From Dimorphilus gyrociliatus (lineage: Eukaryota; Animalia; Annelida): a stretch of DNA of 64,000 bases. Below are positions 51,301 to 64,000 of this stretch, piece by piece (position 1 is the first letter of the stretch; every line of letters starts with the position of its first letter). Under the pieces are notes generated by a model. It searched no databases. It was not told where the DNA came from and saw nothing but the letters and a program-made list of their open reading frames with translations. The translations under genes were made by a program, and so were the position numbers. The stretch is taken from assembly GCA_904063045.1 (NCBI GenBank), contig CAJFCJ010000015.1:558001-622000 (forward strand), given 5' to 3'.

Positions 51301-54300
51301 TTGTCCCGCTGTCATGTTTATAAGCTATATATATATATACGTTATGCATCAAATTCATATGCACCATATATACAGTATATAAGTATGAATGTATAAATAG
51401 ACAAACTATTTTTAATATATTAATAGATACTTGTAAATATATAAATTAGAATCTTATGATTGTTTAAAAACACGTTCAATAAGGTTTAACAGTTTTATCA
51501 TGCATCTGTAATATTTATTAATATTTTATTCGATTATAATCATTAAAACAAAATGACTCTCATAGGGGATGTATACTGCATACGAATGTACACTTATTTA
51601 TAGGATAAGGAGGACTAAAAAGGGAAAATGTGGGAGAAAAGGCGGGCTATATTGGTGGCGGCGCTACTGTTGAAAGTAGAGGTGATCCATCATTGTTGGT
51701 TAGACGTATTTAGGTCATTATCGTCCAATGACGATTTCAGGGCGGATACGTTAGCAAAGGAAAAGGTTATAGAAAATTATGTGGCGCTGATGGTGCACCA
51801 TCTGACACCGGCGGTCACTTCAAAGTAAAACATCACTTACGAGCCCAGTTCAAAGCTACCTGAACAATGGGGCAATTATAGACCGTGTACTCTTTACAAA
51901 GTTCTTGTTGGGTGCCTTAGTGCGAGATTTTTTTCTCCCCAACACCATAGTATATAAATAAATATCGGTATATACATGAAATATAATATGTTTATATAAA
52001 AACGAAATCAGTCTACAACTCTCGTTCGGACGCGTTCAATTCTTAGCCTCAAGCATGAACACTATATATAAGACTTTATTTAATACCAAAGTGATATGGT
52101 TAGATAAATAGAGAGCATTTTGTAAACGGACAATACAGTATTATTGTATGTAATTGAATGTCTTTTTACATATGGCGAGTAGGTATTGACTGTTTTTACT
52201 AAAGCTAAAAGACTTAGAATTGATATATTTCACAAAACCGTTCGTCTATATAATTTCCATTGTAGGCAATCGTCTTTATTTTGTCAACGGATTAGTTAAC
52301 TGAAAGGATATAGTACATTTTTATAAGTCACTCACTCTACCAACCACTTTCTTTCTTTATTTTACCACCATATAAACTATATATATATATCTGATTTATT
52401 TTCTATAATTTACTGTCTTTTTCTTTATTTTCTTTCTTTCTCTCTCTATCACTCACCCACTCACTCCCACTGTACTCCTTTCTCTCTTTTTAACGCCTGC
52501 CCCTTACCCCCCTTCTTCTCCCTATGTAACTTTTTTTTTGTTTTTTTTTATTTTATTACGCTACTTATTCTCAGTTCCACCCCAGACTCTTACCCCCTAC
52601 CCTCTAACATTTACATAATCTATCGCTGCCGCCAACTATCGTCAAATACCGCCCCCTTCTTCTAATCTACGTCTTCATCGCCGTCGCCGTTTACCCTTAC
52701 GGCTTTACGGCAGTGTTCAAGCATTCTCTTAAGAAAACTGTCACGTGATTTTCTACTCGATTACGCATGCGCTCGATTACGTCATTTCCACTATACTGTG
52801 AGCTCATCATTTACTTGGTTCACGCTGGGAATGGCACCTTAGAATGGTGTTGAGAGCGCCAGTCATGGACGTGGGTGGGCAGCATTGAAATCACCAATTG
52901 CCCCTGTGTTTATTTTTATTTGTTGTGTATAAATTGTACGGTTTTCCTTTTTTCAAGGCGATTTTTTAAACCAATTTTCCATTCAACATATAAGCTTTAT
53001 TATATGACCTCGATTTTTTTTCTCATCACACCATTCAGCCGATCAATGAACGAACTAAATCGGTAGAATCATTTTCGATATAATACTCTCGCCCATTATA
53101 GCACTTATACCCTCAATACTGATCAACTTTAATCAAGTAAATGATCGCGTATTGATCTGCTTTACCCCCGAGGCCGGCCAATAGTTCAATTCCATGCTAT
53201 ATTTTTCCGTTTGCATTCTGAATGATCTTTATAGAATTTTTGTCGGTTTGCGTTGTTTACTTTATTTGATATATCGGATTTGGAGTTTTTTGCAGGAAGT
53301 TGATGTTGGCACAAAAAATTTTCAATTATTTGAAAACATTGGCAAGGTTTTTTTTTTCACAAATAAGAGCCACGCTGCACATCTGCTTTCACTCACAAAC
53401 ACTTTAACTAAGCTAACTTGAGAGTATCTGCCAGATAAAGTTTCAACCAACCGACTCGATCGGGATGTTCCTTAGTTGAGAAATAACTAAATCTAGGTCA
53501 ATCGGGACGTAGATAGCGGGTTACAAGGAGCACGATCCTAGAGAAAAGGGGCGGGCTCCTTTACTGATTTATGGTGACATATTGCCGGTGGTGTAAAACG
53601 GCGCCGAAAGGCTTCCATAATACATATAAATTCCGTAGCAGGGCTATAATCCGCTGCCGCGTGTGGTACGTCACAAAGCCACGTCAAGTAAAAGCTGAGA
53701 AGGGACGATGCCCCGCGGGCTAGAACGAAACGGAAAGAGTTTCATTGCTGTTTTGTTGACGTTTAGGATTGGACGGCCATTAGCCCATAGAGAAAGAGTT
53801 ACGACATCGACGCCGTCTTCAATGCTCGTGAACTATGTGACATTTGCTATACTTGAAAGTAACGCTCGCCCTTGGCGTTTATATTTTTATACATATGAAG
53901 CGTACAACAGATGCGTGAAAATATATATTTGGCTATACTTCAATTTGGCGCATGCGCATGAAAACAAGAGAAAATAATAGATATACACAGGAATATTAGA
54001 TATGAATTTAGGAGAGTGCATTTATATGGCCTTTAGCGCGCTCTCTATAGGAGGTACGCTAACTCGCATAATCAGGCTATATCACGCCATTTTTATTGTA
54101 TATTCATTGGGCACCTGTCATATCGAGATGGCTGCCCTTCTAATTATGCATGTAATATCATAATGGAATTGAATTTTTCAACGAATACTTCCATACGATT
54201 GCTAAAATAACTTGAAGAATAGTGATGAATGTACAACTGTACAGACTTTAAAGCTAGCATGCAAAGACGCCCTTATATACACATAAGAGGATAATTAGCG

Positions 54301-57300
54301 CTTGTACAGCAAAGATGGAACGCATGAGCTGTGATGAACGTAGACACTCATCTCTTCTCTTCTAAACCGATCACGCCACCCTAGTTATCGAACTGTATTA
54401 GTCGTATTGATTTCTTTGTCAGTTTTTTCTTATGTTGTGTAACTTAGAAAGTTTGCCTCTTCTCTAGCTTTATAAACATGCGTACTCACGAATTATATAT
54501 ATACGATGTGACACGAGCACGAATTATTCGGAAAAAGGTTACGTAAGGTTAACCGAACGCAGGAAAGGCCATCTGGAAAAACGCATCCGCGTTGCGACAT
54601 TGCAGTTTGACCTGCGTCAATTCGATTACGTCACAATTCCTGACACGTCAGACGAGTGCATGTTTTTATATGGAATTTTTGTGGACGATGACGTGATGGT
54701 TGGAGTGGGAAGGTAATTAAATAAGGGCACGATACATTTTATGTCTTTGTGTCCGCGCAGTCAGGCGAACATCACGCACTCAATGGTCAGTCTGCTGCAG
54801 GAAAAGTGCTATTTTATTTAAAAATTTCTTCCGTTTACTACAAAGCAACCGACTTCCTGTTTGTAGCGCGATTTGCTTATGCTTTGTTTGTCCGCCGCCC
54901 TTTTAACGTTCTGCCGTAATCCGACGCCCTGTTTGTCGACGCATTTTTACTTCATTAGACGCATCGCGTCAACCGTTTTGTCGCGTTTGCATTTGCGAAA
55001 CGTTACGATTTCCTTTTCCTCTTTGTTGTTTGTTTTCTTTACGGCGCACGTGCGATGATTTTAATTCAATTTCCCGCTGTTCCCTTTGAAGATGGATGAT
55101 GCATGAATGTAACCCCCGCATATCTTTATAAGAGCAATTCACAGCATATACATGTGCATATAGTGTGAACATGTCAATACAAATATAATTATAAATATAC
55201 GTAAATTGTATATATATATATACACATGTGAATGTCTTTATTATTTTGTCCTATTTTGTAATATTTATTTAAAAGGATATTCTTAATACTTATATATAGT
55301 CTATATATTTTTATTTATATAAATATACTATATATAAAGTCGCCTGAAAAGCCCCTTTTTATACGTCGTATAATATAGATATAAAGTGACCTATTAAATT
55401 TCAGCATCGTAATTTCTTACTATGCATTTTTCTGACAGGAAAGTAGCTATATATATATAAGTGACCCGACTAGTTATATGTTATATAAATAAAGAAAGAG
55501 AAACTGTGGGGTGAAAATTGTCTAACATTTGTGCAACGGTAATTAGCTGACAATAGGAACCTTTTTTACTATAAAATTTTCAACATCCTGACAATCTAAG
55601 TGAAAGTCCTCGATGACAAGCGCTAAAGAACTTTTTGTCTGAAAACGAGCATAAAAAATATTCATTATTCATTTGTCTTTTATTTTCTTTTTCATCCATG
55701 CCCCTCTAACACTCGACATCCATCTAACATGCAACGACTATAACGAAGTATATATAAATGGAAAAAATTATATAAAAGAAAACTGATTCCCGCAAATTTG
55801 CTTAGGGCGGTTATTGCGCAATATAACAAAACGAATATAACGGATAAGCAGTGATTGATGTAATGACAGTGTTAATAATTAATCATTTAATAATATGCCC
55901 ATGTGGTCAGTGGATAAAGAAACATGATAAAAATAATCTAAAGCAACTACCACAAGTGTTTAAAACATTTATAATCAACACGTGCTAAACGGTACGATGT
56001 CATTTATAATTCCACATATACATACAGTACGTGTTGCTATGTGTATATCATTTCACATTCATTATTGAAAGCCAATTATTGTACTATGTCGATTAAATGT
56101 ATACGGTGTATATAATGTAGATGGGTAGTACATTATCTCCTGTTGAGTATGTATATGTATGTTAATTTGGTAGATGGGAGGAGGGGGGGCGAGGTATCAC
56201 CATATAAAGATATCCATCTAACCTAGTTTCAACAGTAACAATTAAAAACAGTTGTAATAGATATTTATTCGTAGTATATGCTTGTCTTAAGAGTGTGTGT
56301 TTGTGCGTGTCTGTTATGTATGTATGTATGCATTTCATCTATATAGATAGGTGGGTAAGTATGAATGTATTCATGTAACTACAAAGTAGTGTTGTACAAA
56401 GTACTGAACTCTCTCTTTTGATATCTATTTCTTTATTAATATATACAAAAGATGATAGTAGTCTATAGTTAGTAAATTAGAAGTATAATCTATAATTAAA
56501 AAATTATCACTCAAGTAAAGGTAACACATTTAAAGACGACAATGATACTGAATACAGCGCTAATTTAAGGCATATGAATTAGTAATGCGTACAAGTTGAA
56601 GAAAGGGATAGACTATGTAATTACTCTCAAATATTCCCTCTTTATAAGTTAATTTGCAGCTCGTTACCATGTTGCCTATAATATTTGTACCCACACCCAT
56701 AAATATTTGTATGGATAGATAAATATTGTCGTATAGGCAAACTTTTATATAGATAATAATCACTCATTAATTAGGGATAATCGGGTACAATTTATCTCAT
56801 AAAGGCAGTGCAATATGTATGGTAAAACGATTATGGCATAATTATTATACACTTGCGATAAACTGACACTGATTAACAGAGAGCAGTCAAGCGACAATTA
56901 TGCGAATATACAGACAACTAATATATTATATGCTACATTACATGGCATTTTGAAATGAACCGTAAAAATACATAAGGTTTCCTTAGGGAATTTTTTTCCT
57001 TTTTTTCGTTCGTCTTTTTCCAACTAATTCGTTACTCTACTTACGAATTATGTCATGTATCTTTTACTTTTGAGATAATAATACGAGTAATACTAATTAT
57101 TTCGTAGTAGGTGAGGACTAGAAGGACTATAATTAGACCAAACGACAAGTATAGTTAATTATAGTACAGGCTGGTGTTAATTGCTATCGAAAGACTTGTA
57201 TGATATGCCCGTAGTTCCTTTAATTACTATGATCTTTTGACTAAATTATGCGTTTGTAATAATAGGGTTTTTGTGTCAATTCTAAACCTAGGTCTTATTA

Positions 57301-57703
57301 AAGTATTTATTATTCAATATCGAGTGCACGAATCGGCGGCGCTTAGACGGTAAAAATAATTGAAAAAAAAGGAAGGAGAAAGATCGACAGAGAAGAAAAG
57401 AGAATGAAAGAAAGAGGGGGAGGGAGTGTGACGGATAGAGAGAGAGAGACAGGGAAAGAATACAACGCGGTGAAAAGTTTTTCAATAAAGAATTTCAAGA
57501 GAAAATACTTTATCAAGATATCAAAAATATTTGTAATCGACTAAATTATAATGTATGCACAAAAGAATTAATTAACGCGGTATATAGTAGTCATGCAGGT
57601 GCCAAAAAGCCTATGTATATATATGCACATAAATATACACTTTATATACACATACATATACATATATAGGAATATATATATATACACGAAATAAAGATAA
57701 ACG

Positions 57704-57746
<43 letters not shown>

Positions 57747-58077
57747 TATAATGTATACACAAAAAATGCATATATACATCCATATATTAATATATATATA
57801 TATTCCTATCATATTTGTATACATGTATATGTCAAAAATACAAATACATATATATATGTATATATAATATATATATATAATTCTTATTGTTTTACAAGTA
57901 CATACATGTATATATGTATTTCGTAATATATGTATATATATACTGTATATAATGACTATAAGTTCTTTTTTCTTTTTACAGTATACAAAGTTTCTAACAT
58001 TACGAGCTTTCGGCATTGGTATTGTAGCGTCTTTGTCCATGGCATAATTAAAGCATCGTTATACAGGCAAATTCCAC

Positions 58078-61000
58078 TCAACGAGCCGACTGAACGTGAG
58101 ATAAATTAAGCGGTGAATTTGCAGAAGCTGTTGCGGCCGCTGCCTGAGCCAAAGTCTGAGTCCTAGTCGACAAATCGTGAGGCTGGTGTTGGATGCCTAA
58201 AGGCGGTGCAAACATGGGAAAACCAGCCAATCCAAACGGTGCTAGAGGAGGAAATAGAAATCTAGGATGATGAGCTAAAAAGTCTCTAGGCAGCAAATCC
58301 GTGGGAGGTCTGGGAAATAGCGGTTGGGCGAAAGATAATCGCGGACTAGGACTAGCGCTACGTCTTTCTTTTTCGCTAGATGAAGCTTCCTCCTTGGTAA
58401 CTTCTTCCGACCCATTATCATTAGTTTTGGTTTTAGGCGTAGCGGCAAGATCATTTTGTTCTGACGACGGTGGAGGTGTTGAGGAAAAGTCTGAATTCGA
58501 ATCTCCTGGGTCTATGAAGGAATCAGGTGTTTCGGCTCGTTCTTGAGGATCGCTTAGAGATGTGGAGCCTTCAACTCCCGGCGAGACTGGAGGCGATCTT
58601 GACGGTGAATTTCTATCGGCGTTCTGCAATCTGTTGCATAAAAATCGTTCTTTATAGTGTGAACAATAATTTCAATGTAAAAAAAATATATATATACTGT
58701 ATATATATATTGTTTAGACAAAAAAACAAAAAATGTACACGTATACTTTCAATAGTTAATTCTGGGGCTATGAATGTTGGTGTATTGAACATTTTTCTAA
58801 GCGTGTGTGCGTGTTCGTCTACAAGAGCGTCTGTGCATACATATAAAAATTTTATAAAATGAATGTAAGATATAAAAATACAAAGAAAAGTATATATATA
58901 TATTAGACGCTATATATATGACGTCTAATTAGGCTAATTGTTAGAACATACAGATCAAAGGGCATTGAAAAGATAAGCCTGCTTCGTATTTCAGATTAAT
59001 TCACACCCAACACCTTTCGTGTGACACGCAAAATGACGCCGAAAGAAGGACGCCTCAGCGGCTTTAAGCGACGCCGCCAATCATTCTAAAATACCGCGTA
59101 ATCCGTGACTTTTTCAACTTATCCTACTCAGATTTCATTTAAACGCCGATCGCATTTTGTGTTATCTTAAGCGGGGCGGGTGGACAAAAATTTCCCTTTG
59201 CGTTTTTCTTTTGTAGGTTGAATTGACTTTAAACGGTTCACTTTGTCAATCATTTCAACGCTTTCAGTAGCCTTATATAAAAGAAATTGTTTACACTATG
59301 ATTGTTTGCCGAAGACTCAGTTACGTCGCGGCCATTTTGAAAAAGTACCTCTCTACAATTATAAGGAATATACATGAAACTCGTCTTGTTTGTACATGCT
59401 GTTTGAACAGGCTTTGTGCTTTTTGTATTCTAGCTCCGGGCTTTAAACGATACTCGATTCCTTTCAAAAGCGACGGTAACGTTATAGCCTTGTGAATATT
59501 AAAACCTGTTGACGTATGCAAAAAAGAGTGCTAATGAATATACAAAAGTTTTTTAACGCCGACTATCATCAAACAGGTCAATAGATAAAATTAAGAACTA
59601 ATTCCGTTGAATTATGACGTAATAACGTTTAAACGTCGTTCAACTTAAATTGACCTAGATATTAATGGAAACGATAGATCGAATCGTTCAATCGGGGGAG
59701 GGTGATTTCGTGTTGGAACGGCGGGGGGTTAAGAATACAAAAGAGAACGGCTTACCGCTAAAAAGGGGGTTGTTATTTCACCCTCTGACCTACTTTTATT
59801 CTCCGTGCACATGTTCAACTTAATATCTTCAATACGCTCTATTCACGCAGCGTTCGTCAATTAAATAAATAATATATCATACATTCGTTTATTGACGAAG
59901 TCCCGTCTATATACGCCCCGGATAGATATTAGTTCTTTTGCAGCTGTATTTACACGAAATGGGCATATATAGACCGCAATTGCAAACGTTTCATTAATTA
60001 AATTACATATACAAAAGCGAATTATCGCTTTTTCTTAAATAAATATATTGCTAAGCGGCCAGACGTATAAGCGTTTTCATTTGTTTGCCCAGTGCACGGT
60101 GATAATGGCCTCATGGAACGCCCCTTGAACGACTATATTGAACTTCCGCTCTATTAGACGCTTTGAATAGCGTCGCGGCGATGTTTTTGTTTGTCGTACG
60201 TCGTCCACAAAACGACGCATATGTGCGACGTGTGTGTTTGTATGTCGTCTATATCTTTTTAAATATCTACATAAATTATACCTAAGTGACTTTATATGTT
60301 TTCTTAACCAATTACCAACCTCTTATCATTACGAACGATTTGATACAATTGAGCGCATTCGGAAGCGTTTGAAGTGAAAAATCCGAAAATTACACGCCGA
60401 TAAAAGGCTAAAACGCCGCTCTCGGGAGAATGATAAAGTATATAAAAGCTTCGCTTTATAAAGATTACCCTTTAGCGATACGTAACGGAAATCGAAATTT
60501 CTATGTAGGAAAGTGTTTTAATAGAGCGTCGTTCTGAATTTTTCGCAATCTTCACTATCTGGTATGTAAAGTAGACCGTGCTTTGTATCTACAAATATAT
60601 AGGTAACATTAAGTACGCACTGGTAAACTATAAGTTAAGCCTATTTTTCCATCAGCCTATTAGTCCATATCTAATTGGTATGCGAAGTACGAGATGTCGG
60701 CCATTGTTTTTGACACGTTTATTACTTAAACTTCGAGCGAGTCCAATTGCAATGTCTACGGCATTCTTTTGTCAAACAGAATTGAACAAAACATTTCTTA
60801 AATCCCTTATAAAAAGCGTGTTAAGAGCGGAAAAATTCGCTACAGAAAAGTGTGATAAACAAACATGGCGGCTAACTGAACTGTTAGGAGTCTAAGCGAT
60901 TGTTTACGCTGAGGATTTGACCTAAATGCCTTAAAAGTATCTTGAAAAGGAATTTTTCAGATATTCGCTCATATGTACTATATTGTTATTACAATGGGTT

Positions 61001-61861
61001 GAGCATGCTTTGCTCTATTCATCATATATAATAAACCAAGCCCCTATTTACAAGATAGGAATCAACTGATAAATTTTCATTGAAATATATGAAGTTGAAA
61101 TTTGCAGCGCTTTTTTTAATCTCGTTATTGTTCTAAACTAAATTTATGTATAATTAAGTTGATAAGAAATCAATGGACTATATTTTACATTTTTAAAAAC
61201 CGTATAATCGATTGCAGAAGCTCGTGATCACTTAGAGTAGAAGTTATATAATTTTTACATTGTGTATTTGTACCGATCGTGCGTAAAATATTCAATTTAG
61301 TGTTCTAATTATATTTGCTGAGCGGACATCATTTAAAGCGTCAGCTGTTTATTATGCGTGTCCTGAATCTATTGCATATATATAGAATATATAGTTATAG
61401 GAATACATACAATATATATATATAAATATATATATTTATAGATACATAGATATTTTGTGTGTATTTGAGTATGATTGTGGTTTGTGAGGAGAAAAAAAAA
61501 GCAATTTGCTGTGCATCAAAACAGAAAATGCACCAACAGCGCAATTATTTAAATTGAATAAATGAGCAGTTATACGTGTGCGTATGCTTACATATATATG
61601 CATGTATTGTTGTATTTATGTATATGTACTTAGCCGATTAGGGCCTACGTATGTTTTTTTTGCGTCTTTAAGCGTATCATATTCGATTCTATAACAATTG
61701 CGATAATAACGAAAATACATGCTTATTACATGGTCTATATATATATAACGCGGCTTATGTATACATTTTTCAAAGCACAGAATATATGTATATATATATA
61801 TATATATAAATGTATACATATATTTGTATATAAAGATATCCACAGATATATAAATATATAT

Positions 61862-61905
<44 letters not shown>

Positions 61906-62631
61906 ATGCATAAAGAAGGTGTAATTGCCCGGAGTAAAACGATAATTATTTGCATATAGAGAGCGCAAAGTAATTATATAAACTAACCTATTTTTGGCAG
62001 CCGCCGCTCTATCTCGTTGCCGTCTATTTTTGAACCAATTGCCAACTTGTGTCGGCGTGAGTCCGGTAGCTTGGGCTAGTTCTCGCTTCTTGGCTGGGTT
62101 TGGATAAGGATCTTGTAGGTACCATTCTCGCAACAAGCTCCTTGTTCTTTCCTTGAAACAGTGTGTTTTCTGCTCCCCATCCCATATTGTGCGAGGGAGT
62201 GGATACTTTTTACGTACACGGTATTTATCGACTGGTCCAAGAGGTCTACCGCGGAGACGTTCGGCTTCTTGATAATGCGCCTCGAGCCACATAGCTTGCA
62301 ATTTCGGGTGCGAATCCTTGTTGAATTTATAATTCTCCAGAATGTGGTATAAGTCCTTGAAATTTCCTGTATGGAAAGCGACTAAAGAGCGAGCTCTGAG
62401 GATTGATTCGTGCTTATTTAGAGCCTCCATCGCTGCAGGGTTTACTGGAAGGGACCAGAGAAATCTCCCTAACCGTTCAATATCACCGGATTCCTCCAAA
62501 ACTTCGCACACTTGAGCTATTTGAGGCGGGGTAAAATTGATGGGAAGAACCGATGGGGCCGCCATAAAATTTCTGCAATGTGCCAAAAAGTTAGCTGTCG
62601 CACTCTGCTGTTCTAGTCGAGAAGCATCCAT
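58078..62631 (-). CDS. SIX3/6: Six3/6 (Optix) homeobox transcription factor; exons 61988-62631 and 58078-58630 (~398 aa)
   Basis: SIX domain plus homeodomain with the Six3/6-diagnostic QKTH tetrapeptide ('[12 protein letters not shown]...[17 protein letters not shown]'); phase-2 intron joins to [10 protein letters not shown]... Confidence 0.97.
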
Positions 62632-62706
62632 TGCAGATCGTTGGAAAAGAATGCGCTAAACTGTGGAAAGTAGTATAGTTAACAATTCCATAGTTAGACA
62701 CGCAAA

Positions 62707-62796
62707 CACGTGACATGACACTAATCGTTGATTGGTTGAAATTCGTAAGCAAAATATCATCGTCATAGCGACGCTCCGCCCCTTATTGCTGATTGG
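62707..62796 (-). promoter_or_regulatory. Six3/6 proximal promoter elements
   Basis: E-box CACGTG (62707), two full NF-Y boxes AACCAATCA and GACCAATCAG (ATTGG at 62731 and 62792 on +), and a GC box (62776), 75-165 nt upstream of the ATG. Confidence 0.6.
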
Positions 62797-64000
62797 TCGA
62801 GGCAGTTAAATAATGAATATACGTATTCAATACATATCGGTCTACATAAATCGGGCTTGGCGCTACCGTAGCTCCATGATAGCGCCATTTTTGACGCTTA
62901 TATCGAATTTTTCAACGATTCCTTGTTACTCTAGCGTTGTTTTATTGTTTCAATCAATTGTATTGTCCTCTTTATTGTATTCAGTATCGAAGCCCTCAGG
63001 GAACATTCGTTCTACGCAAACATCTGACTTTTACACTCTATTAAAAACGCAAGGGCGTCTGACGCGTGTTTTATTTTTCTTGTGGCTCAGCAATATTTGT
63101 CAAAATATCTCTGAGTTAAAATGACGATTAAACTTCATTAATTACTCAAAGAGGAAGGTGTCAGAAGCGATGATCACAGTGCGTAGTTCACACCTGATTC
63201 AAGAACTAACTCTCGGCGGTTCAATCAAAGGGTGGCACAAGCCAATTAGTACGTGTTCTATTGCTGACCACCATGCTGACCACTCTCTCAGAGCATGTGT
63301 GATAGATTTTGTTCGAATCTGTGATTGTTGATCGCAGCATTCACAATTTGACACTTTCCTTTACTTTCCAAACAGTCTACTATTTCCTGTTATTATTAAT
63401 CTACTACTTTCAATCTAATTACGTCACGACACAATATTACTGCATTATCTTCTCCAATTTCAATTACAGATACATATTCATACTAACTACTATTCTTTTT
63501 TTCACTGATTAATAAAATCAATGTCAAAGCATATCCATATCTTGTTGTTTTTTTTTATTTAAGAGGAGGGTAAATATATTAATTTAAATACATTTACAAA
63601 TATATATCTATGGAATAATTATATCTTTAAGGAAAATATAAATTTGCTTATATTTATATATATATATATCAATGTAATTATTTAAAAAATCATATTTGTC
63701 ATATAAATAGAAATTAATATTAAATCTTTTATATCAATGAGTGAATGGGTTATTTTTGAACCATTATTTTTTTATCGATACACCCTATTATAACTTTTGG
63801 CTTTTTTTTGTTTTTCTACATCTCTTTTAATTGGAAATATTCTGCATCAATAATTACTTTAATCGATAAAATTATCTACCTAGTTAATTAGCAGACTGTA
63901 TCGAAGCGATTACAAAATTAATTTATATATCAGAGAGAAAAGACCGAAAATATAAATTTGCTTATTAAAAGATTACAATCTCTCAGCTGGCATAAAATGC

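Noticed and set aside
57568-58040. IYIY-rich ORFs (also 29032-29253, 61616-61955, 16987-17214)
   Set aside because: Translations of (TA)n microsatellites.
1-64000. tRNA, rRNA, snRNA, CRISPR arrays, U12 introns, intact transposons
   Set aside because: No cloverleaf or T-loop context, snRNA signature, repeat-spacer array, GTATCCT/ATATCCT donor at a real junction, or transposase/RT ORF was seen by eye.

Overview
AT-rich eukaryotic (animal) DNA with short, mostly ~50-70 nt GT-AG introns. The gene content (USP, RGS22, Six3/6, a neuropeptide precursor) suggests a compact-genome lophotrochozoan such as a small annelid (inference). The first 12.6 kb is densely packed: GLG1 (5' truncated), a large C2H2 zinc-finger gene, SNX20/21, MRPL40, COX17, TAF13, LIPT2 and ZC4H2. 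Next come a multi-exon RGS22-like gene, an intronless Moody/Tre1/melatonin-receptor-like GPCR, PISD, a neuropeptide precursor I do not recognise, a USP, a divergent bZIP factor and a GH20 beta-hexosaminidase. An ~11 kb coding-free region then precedes the two-exon Six3/6 (Optix) gene. I found no tRNA, rRNA, CRISPR array or intact transposon. Top observations: (1) 23 TATAC(A/T)GTAT motifs in TA-rich tracts, matching Sleeping Beauty-type Tc1/mariner excision footprints, two sets as tandem triplets; (2) an xPP(L/V)(H/Y)LL neuropeptide precursor; (3) a hexosaminidase with a GPI-signal-like tail; (4) frame-preserving microexons in RGS22; (5) CtBP-type motifs in the Six3/6 tail; (6) a GC-AG intron needed to build the COX17 CX9C cysteine. 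Gene models were assembled by eye and no database searches were run.
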